Positions 9,207 to 18,452 of a stretch of 64,000 nucleotides of DNA are shown piece after piece. The notes under the pieces are model-generated. The model saw nothing but the letters and a program-made list of their open reading frames with translations. It had not been told where the DNA came from and did no database searches. Position numbers and translations under genes: made by a program. Source of the stretch: an uncultured virus (IMG/VR IMGVR_UViG_3300033175_000390). Lineage: Duplodnaviria; Heunggongvirae; Uroviricota; Caudoviricetes. Location of the stretch: the IMG/VR virus record IMGVR_UViG_3300033175_000390; one strand, 5' to 3'. The first letter of the stretch is position 1, and every line of letters begins with the position of its first letter.

Positions 9207-11890
9207 GTGTATCCCATCCTTTCTAAAGCGGACTTCACCTTAGCCTTTGACTGAGCTGTCTTTTCTTCAATCTCGCCTAATGTGTGCTCATAGCGTTTAG
9301 CAATTAAGAAAACCTTAGAGGCAAGAGAATTCAGCACCTGGTCAATCGCATCAATAATGTCATTTTCGAGCCTTGCCATCCACTTTTTGTCAAAGAGTAA
9401 ATGCTTTACTTCATCAATCGTTAGTTCTCCATATTTAGAAAGCACTAAATCATCTAGTTCTTTTTGAGCTTCTTTAATCGCTTTATCAGCTTCTTCTTTT
9501 TCAGTTAACTTAGCTTGGTAAGAAAGAAGAGCATTATATTCCTCGACATATGTTTCTGGCATTATTGCATTGTCATTTGCTTCTTTTAATGCATTTTTAA
9601 GCTTAGCCTTTCCAAATGAACCGTTCTTATTTCTAAGCTCATATGTCTTCAGCTCACTATTAGCTTTGACGATTTTTTCCATTTCCGATATATTTCCTGC
9701 ATCAAATAATTCAATAAGTTTTGTAATGTCATCTATCACTTCAGAAGTCTTTTTACTTTCAAGTTCTTTTATCTGTTTATTCAGATTTGCTTTAGGTATT
9801 CCGTCCCCTTTTTCATTTAAAGCATTTACAAGCAAACCTTCGTCACCTGATTCTTCTTCTCTCATTTCATCCAATTCTGATTCAAGCAATGCAGATTTTT
9901 CGATTAGCTCATTAAGAGCCATTAACTCAGTTTCAAAATACTCCCGTTCAATAATGTCTCTCGAAATTAAAGCACCTTCAAACGACTTCATTTTTGAAGT
10001 ATCATCGACCTTTATCTCTTCTCCATTTTCATCTTTAGCTTTCTTTTGAGCGTATACATATTCAATCTCACGTCCCGCATCATATCCACTCGCTTTTATT
10101 ACATATACATCATCTTGCATTTTCTCATTCCAATAGTTAAGCAAGAAGTCATACACATCGTAATTGTCTAGAAGTTTTGCCGATTCAAAATCCCTCAAAA
10201 TTTCAATGCCCAAGCTTCGAATTAATTCTTTTGGATTTGTATCTGTATTAATATTGAGTAATGAATCTTTTACTTTGTTTTTCCACGCCTCGAATAGAGA
10301 ACCGTATTCAGTTTCCTTTTCAACCTTTATATTTTCATCTTCAGAAATGACTATTTCGATTTCATTTGGTTTTATAGCAAGATTATAGACATTATGTTCT
10401 TCATCGACACAAGTAAATATCTCTTCTCTTAACTGTGGCGATATTTTCCAGAGTCTCTCTAAAGAGTTAATATCGACTTCTGGAATACCCCCCTTAAGAT
10501 GAGATGCAATGTTTTGAGGTAATGTATCATCTATTTTTTGGATATAACGAGGCACATTAAGGTTTCCTTCGTTCTCTTCTAAAATCTCCTTATAGGTAAT
10601 AAAGCGGGAGTACCCCTCAACATTTTCTTGGTGAATAAAGGTTTGCACAATTTTCTCAATATCCTGTTCACGAAGACGGTTCTTATTTCCATCTTTCTTA
10701 AACCCATCGCTCGCATCAATCATAAAGATACCTTCACGTTTATCAGCGTTTTCTTTATCGATTATGATGATACTAGCTGGGATTCCTGTACCATAAAATA
10801 AGTTTGCCGGTAGCCCAACTATACCCTTGATATATCGTTTCTCAAGAACAGCTTTTCTAATGGTTTCTTCTGAGTTTCCTCTAAAGAGAACACCGTGTGG
10901 CAGAATAATCCCTGCCTTACCATTGCTATCCAATGCTTTTAGAACATGTAGAAACCAAGCATAATCACCATTCTTTTCTGGTGGAATGCCATAACCATCA
11001 AACCTCTTATATTTGTCTTCAGATGGTTTAATTCCATCAGTCCAGTCTTTATCAGAAAATGGTGGGTTCATGACAATAAAATCAAATTTTCTAAGTCCAC
11101 CAAAATCATCAGTATATTGTGGATTTGCCAATGTATTCCCACTTTTGATTTCACCTGTACCTTTGTTATGTAGGATGAAGTTCATCTTTGCTAAACCAGC
11201 AGTATCAGGATATTTTTCTTGTCCAAATATTGTTACTATGGAATCACCATTATCATCAGTTGGTGCTTCATCTGCTGAACGAATAAGTAATGATCCACTC
11301 CCCGCCGCAGGATCATGGAGGGTCCATTTCTTTCCTGTCTCTTGTTTAATATTGCCAATACCAATAAGTCTAGCAATAATACGTGACACCTCACTAGGTG
11401 TATAAAACTGTCCCTTACTCTTACCAGACTCCTGAGCGAATTTCATCATGAAGTATTCATATGCATCTCCAATGATGTCGTCTCCACTAGCTCTGTTACT
11501 TTTAAAGTCAATCGCAGGATTTTGGAATATAGCAATTAGACCAGAGACTTTATCTACGAGTTCCTTACCAGAACCTAATTCATCTGGATTATTAAAGCTA
11601 ACATCAGGAAGCGCTCCTACTAGCTTATTATCTTCTAGAAACTTTTGAAGAATTACATCAACTCTTTCGCCAACATCTGGTTTACCTTTTGCAGCAATCA
11701 AGTCGTCAAATGAGGCACCTTCATTTACTGTAAATTCAGCAAAACGTTGCCCTTTATATCTGTCTGATACATACTTGAAGAATAACAATACAAGCACATA
11801 ATCTTTATACCTTGAAGGTTCTACTCCACCTCTTAATTTATTACAAGCATCCCATAATAGGGAATACAATTCTGATTTTTTCACGGCCAT
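9200..11890 (-). CDS. hsdM: Type I R-M methyltransferase subunit M (long C-terminal extension)
   Basis: GQFYTP, DPAAGSGSLL, NPPF, LPHGVLFRG. Confidence 0.95.
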   Translation of the reverse strand: MAVKKSELYSLLWDACNKLRGGVEPSRYKDYVLVLLFFKYVSDRYKGQRFAEFTVNEGASFDDLIAAKGKPDVGERVDVILQKFLEDNKLVGALPDVSFNNPDELGSGKELVDKVSGLIAIFQNPAIDFKSNRASGDDIIGDAYEYFMMKFAQESGKSKGQFYTPSEVSRIIARLIGIGNIKQETGKKWTLHDPAAGSGSLLIRSADEAPTDDNGDSIVTIFGQEKYPDTAGLAKMNFILHNKGTGEIKSGNTLANPQYTDDFGGLRKFDFIVMNPPFSDKDWTDGIKPSEDKYKRFDGYGIPPEKNGDYAWFLHVLKALDSNGKAGIILPHGVLFRGNSEETIRKAVLEKRYIKGIVGLPANLFYGTGIPASIIIIDKENADKREGIFMIDASDGFKKDGNKNRLREQDIEKIVQTFIHQENVEGYSRFITYKEILEENEGNLNVPRYIQKIDDTLPQNIASHLKGGIPEVDINSLERLWKISPQLREEIFTCVDEEHNVYNLAIKPNEIEIVISEDENIKVEKETEYGSLFEAWKNKVKDSLLNINTDTNPKELIRSLGIEILRDFESAKLLDNYDVYDFLLNYWNEKMQDDVYVIKASGYDAGREIEYVYAQKKAKDENGEEIKVDDTSKMKSFEGALISRDIIEREYFETELMALNELIEKSALLESELDEMREEESGDEGLLVNALNEKGDGIPKANLNKQIKELESKKTSEVIDDITKLIELFDAGNISEMEKIVKANSELKTYELRNKNGSFGKAKLKNALKEANDNAIMPETYVEEYNALLSYQAKLTEKEEADKAIKEAQKELDDLVLSKYGELTIDEVKHLLFDKKWMARLENDIIDAIDQVLNSLASKVFLIAKRYEHTLGEIEEKTAQSKAKVKSALERMGYTW

Positions 11891-11926
11891 TCATTTAACC
11901 TCTCTCATCTATTAAGTGTTTTATAT

Positions 11927-12139
11927 TTAGTATTCAGTAATATCTATACCTGCTTTTAATAATCTTTCATATCTCTCGTGGGAGATAAGAACTGCTACAG
12001 GCTTTCCATTTTTCAAAACAAAAGCTGTTTTATCTTCATCTGATAAACCAGTAATTAATTTTGATGATTGTCCTCTAAGAAAATCAGACATGTTATAGAA
12101 TTCCATCGGTTCCTTTTGGACTTTATCTTCCTTATCCAT
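11927..12139 (-). CDS. Phd/YefM-like antitoxin-fold protein (orphan)
   Basis: YNMSDFLRGQSSKLI...FVLKNGKPVAVLISHERYE pattern. Confidence 0.75.
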   Translation of the reverse strand: MDKEDKVQKEPMEFYNMSDFLRGQSSKLITGLSDEDKTAFVLKNGKPVAVLISHERYERLLKAGIDITEY

Positions 12140-12266
12140 ACCTAAATCCACCTTTTCTTTTTATCATAACATTTTACAGCTCTTATTTCAACCTTTATAT
12201 GTACTTGAAAAGTAATTACTTTATAAGTGCATTTCAACCTTGTTTATCTATTCAATCCAATAGCCA

Positions 12267-12313
12267 TCTTGTCAACTCACCACATTTTTGCCAGCAATCT
12301 TATCAACTCACCA
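12267..12313. repeat. 17-bp direct repeat ATCTTRTCAACTCACCA
   Basis: Copies at 12267-12283 and 12297-12313; partial inverted copy near 12340. Confidence 0.7.
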
Positions 12314-12458
12314 ATCCTATATTCAAATTCGTAAATCCGGTGAGTAATCCACCACTCTTGGATATCTTCCCACAAAGCAAAAATCCGTGAATATCCTTCC
12401 GGCTTAGAACCAGACCTCAAATCACGGAAAGCCTTTATTTACTTATCTTTTTACACTC

Positions 12459-12500
12459 TTATTTATCAACCCTTGACATCAATACCACCGTCTCAACGTG
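12459..12500 (-). pseudogene. rlmD: Displaced 3' end of 23S rRNA m5U methyltransferase gene (att junction)
   Basis: Reverse strand reads HVETVVLMSRVDK*, the RlmD/RumA C-terminal HVE motif, without the rest of the gene. Confidence 0.75.
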
Positions 12501-12547
12501 GAACGATAGCATCAGATTGATGTCTGGACTGTGTTTTTCTTTTTGTC

Positions 12548-12635
12548 TGTTCTCGGGAATAGGTCAATAGTGGATTTTTGGGTGCTTTCTGTTCGAGGGA
12601 ACAGTTCAACGGTTTTTATCGGTTTGTGGGAACAA
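12548..12635. repeat. TGTTC-N4-GAAYA palindromic repeats next to the att junction
   Basis: ctgttctcgggaata, ctgttcgagggaacag, gggaaca. Confidence 0.55.
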
Positions 12636-12646
12636 GTCTATGCATG

Positions 12647-12670
12647 ACGGGTTCAAGTCCTGTCATCTCC
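12647..12670 (+). other. tRNA-Ala/tmRNA-like 3' fragment (T-arm + acceptor 3' strand)
   Basis: ACGGG-TTCAAGT-CCTGT-CATCTCC; no 5' half and no CCA. Confidence 0.35.
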
Positions 12671-12808
12671 GGTGGCAAAGGTACTACCTATTGATAAAAT
12701 GCACCGCACCAAAGCAAATCGTTAAAACTTGCACCGCTTTGCACACCCCTTAATTGCCATTCACCGCGTTACTTGCCGCATATATTGGGCGCTATTTGAA
12801 GACAACGG

Positions 12809-13402
12809 CTAATCCTCATGTTTTTCATCGGTTATATCCTTAAAGCCTCCGCCGAAAAACCAACCGTGTGCTTCAATAAAACGGATGAACATATCGCAGA
12901 ATTGATCGCTCGATATGGCGGGATGAATCTCAGCGACTCCGTTAATCTCCACCAAACGACAGTCGGGAATTGCATCGACATACGGCAAAGCATCTGAAAT
13001 TCGGTCAGCCGCCAGTTTGTATTTTTGAATCCGCGCTTCATCTTCCTTGCTTGGATTTTGGATACGAGTCAAATCCATATTATCTATTAAATCCGCAAGT
13101 TTCACACGGCAAGCGGTTTCGTTTGGTAAAATACGGCTGATGAACTCATCATAGGTTTCGCCTTCTCGCTTCGTCAAACAGTCGAGAGCTGTGACAATTT
13201 CATCACTAAATCCCTGCTCTTTTAAATCATCAAATGTAGTAATTGAGTCTTCTATCGTATCATGAAGGGCAGCACAAATCTTCGCAGCTTCGCTCTTGCA
13301 ATTCATCATTACACGGAGCGGATGCATAATATACGGATTTCCTCCTTTATCAACCTGCCCGTCATGTGCTTTCGCGGCAATTGCAATCGCTTTGTTCAAC
13401 AT
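12809..13402 (-). CDS. HD-domain protein, RelA/SpoT hydrolase (small alarmone hydrolase)-like, with extra C-terminal domain
   Basis: AHDGQVDKGGNPYIMHPLRV, ALHDTIED, VKLADLIDN. Confidence 0.85.
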   Translation of the reverse strand: MLNKAIAIAAKAHDGQVDKGGNPYIMHPLRVMMNCKSEAAKICAALHDTIEDSITTFDDLKEQGFSDEIVTALDCLTKREGETYDEFISRILPNETACRVKLADLIDNMDLTRIQNPSKEDEARIQKYKLAADRISDALPYVDAIPDCRLVEINGVAEIHPAISSDQFCDMFIRFIEAHGWFFGGGFKDITDEKHED

Positions 13403-13456
13403 TGAAATTTCCTCCTTTACTTACTGGTTGTTTGGATCAAGGCTATATCCAATTTA

Positions 13457-14110
13457 CTATTTACGACCCCCTCGCCGCTTAACGTCCTTGCGAATTTCCT
13501 CAAAGCAAGCCTCGTCAACGGTTCCCGCCCCCCGGAATGCCGCCACAGCACTTGCCATTACCTTAAAGTTCAGTTCTGTCCCCTCACTGTCGGCGAGATA
13601 ATCAATTGCTCTGTCAGGGGAAATCCCGAAGCGCCCGGCAGTCTGAACTGCATCGATGTTTGCTCCGAGAAAAATAAACTCCCATCCATATTTAGTTTTC
13701 TGCCCTTCAATCTGTGCCTTGACTTTTTCTGCAGAGTATTCACGACTGGAGTTTTCTTCGCCATCTGTGATAATAACAAACATTACTTTTTCAGCACGAT
13801 AGTCATCAGCTGTATGCTTCTGGGCGTTGCCAATCTTGTGGATTGTTCTGCCGATTGCATCGAGCAATGCGGTCGAGCCTCCAACCTGATACTCCTTATC
13901 CGTAATTGCACTGACCGCCTTGATATCAATTCGGTCATGGAGCAGTTCATAGTTGTTATCAAACAACACAGTTGTAATGTGACATTCGCCTTCAATTGCC
14001 TGCTGCTTTTTAAGCATTGAGTTATATCCGCCAATGGTGTCCGCTTCCAGCCCGCTCATCGAGCCGCTTTTATCCAATATAAAAACCAGTTCCGTTAATC
14101 CTTTTTTCAT
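13457..14110 (-). CDS. von Willebrand factor A domain protein
   Basis: MIDAS DKSGSM, TALLDAIG, IITDGEEN. Confidence 0.9.
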   Translation of the reverse strand: MKKGLTELVFILDKSGSMSGLEADTIGGYNSMLKKQQAIEGECHITTVLFDNNYELLHDRIDIKAVSAITDKEYQVGGSTALLDAIGRTIHKIGNAQKHTADDYRAEKVMFVIITDGEENSSREYSAEKVKAQIEGQKTKYGWEFIFLGANIDAVQTAGRFGISPDRAIDYLADSEGTELNFKVMASAVAAFRGAGTVDEACFEEIRKDVKRRGGRK

Positions 14111-14169
14111 TTTCGTAGCCTCCTAAGATTTAATGTAACCTTAGAATACTACTCAGCTGGGGGATGTCG

Positions 14170-14186
14170 GTCGCTTTGGAAGCGAC
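14170..14186. promoter_or_regulatory. Palindromic operator GTCGCTT-TGG-AAGCGAC upstream of vWA gene
   Basis: Perfect 7-3-7 palindrome abutting a CCGACA-N16-TATTCT promoter-like sequence on minus strand. Confidence 0.55.
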
Positions 14187-14189
14187 AAA

Positions 14190-14645
14190 TTACCTTTGAG
14201 ATGCAAAGCCCTCATATCTAGGTTCATATTTATAATGCATTATCCCCTCAATCAATTCCAAAGCAAAAACACCTAAGTTTGCATCAATAATTATATCAAT
14301 CCGTCGGCAGTTCGTTTTAATCCAATCTTTTATATTTGAAGAAGCAATGTTTAAGCTGCTCATCTCGCCATCTGAAAGCAGCGATTTTGCAAGTGTTGAC
14401 GGTGCATTCAAGCCATAATGTTGACTGCAGAACCTTGCATTACTCCTATAATTTGCTTTTCCGATTTTTGGAAATTCATCACCGAGTAAAAACATGTATA
14501 TTGCCATTTTTCCATCAGGTAATCGGGTAGGCGGAATGTGTGGTAAACCCCTATCAACGATTTCATACTTATCCTTCAAAATTGGTTTACCAATTGCCAA
14601 TGTAGCTTTTTGAATTAAAGTATCTATTTCATGAACATAATCCAT
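14190..14645 (-). CDS. GIY-YIG-like nuclease family hypothetical protein
   Basis: AIYMF...KIGKA...ARF...ELIE...PRYE pattern. Confidence 0.5.
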   Translation of the reverse strand: MDYVHEIDTLIQKATLAIGKPILKDKYEIVDRGLPHIPPTRLPDGKMAIYMFLLGDEFPKIGKANYRSNARFCSQHYGLNAPSTLAKSLLSDGEMSSLNIASSNIKDWIKTNCRRIDIIIDANLGVFALELIEGIMHYKYEPRYEGFASQR

Positions 14646-14647
14646 AA

Positions 14648-15682
14648 TCAGCACCCTCCTAACAGCGGCTGATCGTATTCGAACAGTACTTCATTGATCT
14701 TAAAAACATCATATTTACCGTTGGTAATGAAATACTCAACGATAACATCGAACTTTACAGCGTGGGAAAGCGCATAGCCCGCTCGTTCCAAGATGTCGTC
14801 GGTTTCGTCGAGCGATAATTCTAGTGCCACGGCAAGGGCTATAGCCGTGCGCTTACTTGGCATATAGCCTTTATTGCTCCTGATTTTGGAGAATAATTTA
14901 CGATCTAAGTTGGCGCGTTTATAAACCTCGACATCTGTCATTCCCTTAACATCAATCAGGCGCAGGAGCATCTGGGAGAATGGTTCATCAAGGTTGCCAA
15001 TCAAATCATCAAGCGGTGCAGGTGCGCCAACAGACGGAGCGAGTATATCTTCAAAAAGAGGCTCGTTGTATTTACTAACACGCTCATCAGCTTCGGATAA
15101 AGCTTGCCGTTCTACATCAAGTAGTTGCCGCCGCTTTATTTGGTGTGTGTCAATGTAATGTTCATCTATGTAGCTTTCGACTGCACCGAGCAGTTCGCGG
15201 CTGATGGAGAATGCTGCCTTGTCATACACCACAAGGGTCACATGAAGATCATGGTCTGTAAGGAAATCTTGAATTGCCGAAGTAGCCACTTGCAGGGCTT
15301 CATTTTTCGGATAACCATAAATACCACTTGAAATCAGCGGAAAGGCTATGCTTTCACACTTGTTTTCAACGGCTCTCTTCAATGAATTCGTATAGGCGGC
15401 ACGGAGATGTTGGTCGTTTTGCTCCTTGTTCCATTGCTGATAGACGGGACCAGCTGCGTGGATAATGAACTTAGCAGGCAGACCGAATCCCGGCGTGATA
15501 ACCGCTTCGCCCGTCTTAATGGGAGCAAGTTTATCACAGGCGGCTTGAAGTTGTGTCGCTCCCGCCGCTTTGAATATAGCTCCGCTAACCCCACCGCCCA
15601 TTTGCAGGTCGGTGTTGGCGGCGTTGACAATGGCGTCAACCTTCAGCTTCGTTATATCTTGGCGGACAATAGTAAGTGGCAT
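14648..15682 (-). CDS. Macrodomain (ADP-ribose-binding) protein fused to C-terminal HTH
   Basis: DAIVNAAN...GGGVSGAI...IHAAGP...AFPLISSGIYG; C-terminal DVEVYKRANLDRKLFSKIR. Confidence 0.9.
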   Translation of the reverse strand: MPLTIVRQDITKLKVDAIVNAANTDLQMGGGVSGAIFKAAGATQLQAACDKLAPIKTGEAVITPGFGLPAKFIIHAAGPVYQQWNKEQNDQHLRAAYTNSLKRAVENKCESIAFPLISSGIYGYPKNEALQVATSAIQDFLTDHDLHVTLVVYDKAAFSISRELLGAVESYIDEHYIDTHQIKRRQLLDVERQALSEADERVSKYNEPLFEDILAPSVGAPAPLDDLIGNLDEPFSQMLLRLIDVKGMTDVEVYKRANLDRKLFSKIRSNKGYMPSKRTAIALAVALELSLDETDDILERAGYALSHAVKFDVIVEYFITNGKYDVFKINEVLFEYDQPLLGGC

Positions 15683-15795
15683 TAACACACCTCCTCTTTT
15701 GTCATCAGCGATTATTCATTTACTTCTTTAACTTCGCTGAATTATATGATGCCTTTAGTTCTGAAGATGGGCAATACTGTTGGCAAGGTATTCAT

Positions 15796-15909
15796 CTACA
15801 GCAATTGAGCCGGAGAGTTAAACTCCCGCTGAATAGATGGAAGCAAATATTTTTTGCTATGAATGTTGGCTATCGTTTCCTTTATAGTTAATGCAGTTTG
15901 AAAAGCCAT
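15796..15909 (-). pseudogene. DUF262 (GmrSD-like) gene remnant
   Basis: AGGAGG RBS then MAFQTALTIKETIANIHSKKYLLPSIQREF, then premature stop. Confidence 0.65.
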
Positions 15910-15944
15910 TATTATATCCTCCTGTGTTTACATGGTTTACAGTG

Positions 15945-18452
15945 TTACTCTTCTGACACCGCGTCCTCATCAAATATTCTATCGAGTTCAGCATTTGAAG
16001 TTACTCCACGCACCTTGTTTCTTATGTGCGATTTATTCATATCCAAACGATAGAAGATGTCGCGTCCAAACTTATGTACCCTTCGGATAAGTTGAATACG
16101 GCCAAAACGATCTCCGTGCTTATCGGCAAACTTGGCTAATCCTACCGCCTTTGGGTAGTTGTCCTTGCGGCTCGGGTCATGGGGTTCAAGAACATCAAAA
16201 ACATAACCTTGGGCATCGGCACGGACGACAAGCAAGTCGGGGAACATAGGTGTTGCGATGCCATTCACATCATACGGGATCTCTAACGACCACTTTTTAC
16301 GGTCAAGGTTGCGGAGCCATGCTACCGCACCATGTACCAATTCCTCTTTTATCAATCCTCTTTCCCAATCATTGAGGCTAACTTTGAAATCATCACCCTC
16401 GGTCGGGATGAAAAGATGATTTTCATAAGCCACAGCATCATTTCCTACAAAGAAGTCTACGGCTTGTGGCAACCGCCAATCAAGCGGAACGGGAGTAGTT
16501 GAAGAGAAAGCCAGTTTTTCATATACATCTTTGCGTTCCTCTCTTAACCTGCGGAAAGCCGACCGGTTTTCGTCATATAGTTCATTGAACAACTTGTCTG
16601 CAAGCCGTTCCAACCGTTCCATAACATCATTGTCATTTGCTAATACGATAGCTTCGGTCTTTACCTCCTCGTAATCCCGCTTTGCGTGGCGTCCCCAGTA
16701 TTCTCTGTGAAGATCGCCGCCGAAGATTTTACCTGCCCGCTCGAAAAGATTGTTTAAGTCAAACTCGGACAACTCAACAGTCTCGGCATTTTCGGCGGTG
16801 CTTTCGTTGTCACTCTCGCAATAATCAATGGTGAGTGTTTTCAGTGCCAACGCAGTGATAGCCTTAGCAGTTTCATCGAATTTACCGGACTCTTTAAGAG
16901 CATCGACTTCTTTATCGAACTCATCCAGCACCTTTTTAAGAGTGCTTTGCCGCGCCGACGGAGCAATCATATCCTGTGTAAGCGCACGAGCAAGTGCCAT
17001 TAATCGGCGTAGAGCGGGTTGTTTCCTTGCCGAATTAACGCGGTATGTTATCAGCTCCATATCGGTGAATATATCCGTAAACGCAGGGTCACGTTTTAAA
17101 GTGACCAGCTCTTTATGAGAGCCTGTTTCAGACGGAATGATCGCTTCACTATCACGCAGGGCTTCTTCCACTGATCTGACAGTTTCTTCATCAAAGAATG
17201 GCAGATAAAGGGCGACATTATTAAGTTCGGCATCAGCTTCTACCCGTCGGGCAAGCGGAGTGCGAATCATACGTCCGAGCAACTGGGCGATGTGAGTATA
17301 GTCTTGAGCATGACGGAATGACATCATTGTTTCAGCACGTGGGCAGTCCCAACCGGTAGAGAGATTCATCTTAAAGAAGACAACCATAGCATTCTGGTTT
17401 TCTTGGATGCGGGAGGCTTCAATTTTGTGAATTTCATAATCACGTACCTTTATTGTCTCACGCCCGTCGAACGTCTGCACCAACTCTCCAGCTTGGAATT
17501 TACGTCCAATGATTGTCTCAAGTATATCAATACAAGCCCCCAAATCTGTCTGAGTGGCTTCTCGTTCATTGCCGTCCTGCACTTGCACAACGAAAATGGG
17601 ACGTATAGGCGTTTTTATATCCTCATGGTCACAGTAGGCTGCCCAATGCTCACACTTCTTTTTCCAGTTGATTGCAGCTTCTTTGAACATCGTCATATCA
17701 GCATTTATAGCTATTTCAGGGAAGTGGATTATGATTCTGTCCTTCAGCAAGCCGGAATCAATTACATCCTCCGGTGGCACAGTCACATACTGAGTCGTTC
17801 GGTTTATGCCGGTTACGAGCTTTTGGAATCGTTGCGGTGTGGCGGTCATGCCAATGACAAGCGGCATAGGAGGAAGCCCGTCCTCCGGGCTGCCCTTGAT
17901 GAACTTCTGCATAATAGATTGCGCCGTTTGCTCTGCCCGTTGCGTGGCTGTGCCTCTGTGCGCTTCGTCAATAACGACATAAAACGACTTAGGCTGCCGT
18001 TTCGCTGTATTGGCGAGTGTTTCCCATATCGCATACTCCCGACCGTCGCCCCTGCTCGTCAGCAGTTTATCCGTACCGAGCTTCTGTGTATTGAGGAAGT
18101 TAATACTTCCGGGAGCAAAAAACTCCGCATCGAAGTTGGAGTCGATAACGTTGATGTCACGGGCGCGGAACTTCTCTGACTTGCTCTCGATTTTCATTCG
18201 TGTTTGCTCATTGAGTTCAGGCATGTCCGATAGCCATACAAAAACTGAATCAGGCTCCGCTACGACATAAGGGTTTCCGAAGATCATGTTTTCAAACAGG
18301 GCGGTCATTATAATCGTTTTACCTGCACCTGTGGGGGCAGTAAATGAGATAACCTGAGGATCTTTTTCACTCCACATAGTGTGTGCTTTTTGAATTTTTT
18401 CGTGCAAGTCGGCCAGTGCCGTTTCTTGAAATGTAAAAAGCGTGGCTCTCAT
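15945..18452 (-). CDS. res: Type III restriction enzyme Res subunit (SF2 helicase + nuclease)
   Basis: APTGAGKT, DEAH, MTATP, GWDCP, QLLGRMIR; C-terminal PD..EPH. Confidence 0.85.
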   Translation of the reverse strand: MRATLFTFQETALADLHEKIQKAHTMWSEKDPQVISFTAPTGAGKTIIMTALFENMIFGNPYVVAEPDSVFVWLSDMPELNEQTRMKIESKSEKFRARDINVIDSNFDAEFFAPGSINFLNTQKLGTDKLLTSRGDGREYAIWETLANTAKRQPKSFYVVIDEAHRGTATQRAEQTAQSIMQKFIKGSPEDGLPPMPLVIGMTATPQRFQKLVTGINRTTQYVTVPPEDVIDSGLLKDRIIIHFPEIAINADMTMFKEAAINWKKKCEHWAAYCDHEDIKTPIRPIFVVQVQDGNEREATQTDLGACIDILETIIGRKFQAGELVQTFDGRETIKVRDYEIHKIEASRIQENQNAMVVFFKMNLSTGWDCPRAETMMSFRHAQDYTHIAQLLGRMIRTPLARRVEADAELNNVALYLPFFDEETVRSVEEALRDSEAIIPSETGSHKELVTLKRDPAFTDIFTDMELITYRVNSARKQPALRRLMALARALTQDMIAPSARQSTLKKVLDEFDKEVDALKESGKFDETAKAITALALKTLTIDYCESDNESTAENAETVELSEFDLNNLFERAGKIFGGDLHREYWGRHAKRDYEEVKTEAIVLANDNDVMERLERLADKLFNELYDENRSAFRRLREERKDVYEKLAFSSTTPVPLDWRLPQAVDFFVGNDAVAYENHLFIPTEGDDFKVSLNDWERGLIKEELVHGAVAWLRNLDRKKWSLEIPYDVNGIATPMFPDLLVVRADAQGYVFDVLEPHDPSRKDNYPKAVGLAKFADKHGDRFGRIQLIRRVHKFGRDIFYRLDMNKSHIRNKVRGVTSNAELDRIFDEDAVSEE

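Larger units (their letters stand above)
1..12500 (-). mobile_element. Prophage-like/integrative element 1 (left, truncated by window edge) with type I R-M cargo
   Basis: Gene order sigma-r4, antirepressor, DUF4406, VirE mirrors the right prophage; AT-rich; bounded by rlmD-like 3' fragment. Confidence 0.7.

Noticed and set aside
11927..12139. Complete type II toxin-antitoxin pair
   Set aside because: No adjacent toxin ORF; the next gene is hsdM
12548..12635. LexA/DinR SOS boxes
   Set aside because: Half-sites are in TGTTC-N4-GAAC order, the reverse of the GAAC-N4-GTTC box
12600..12680. Intact tRNA gene
   Set aside because: Only T-arm and 3' acceptor strand; no D or anticodon arms and no CCA
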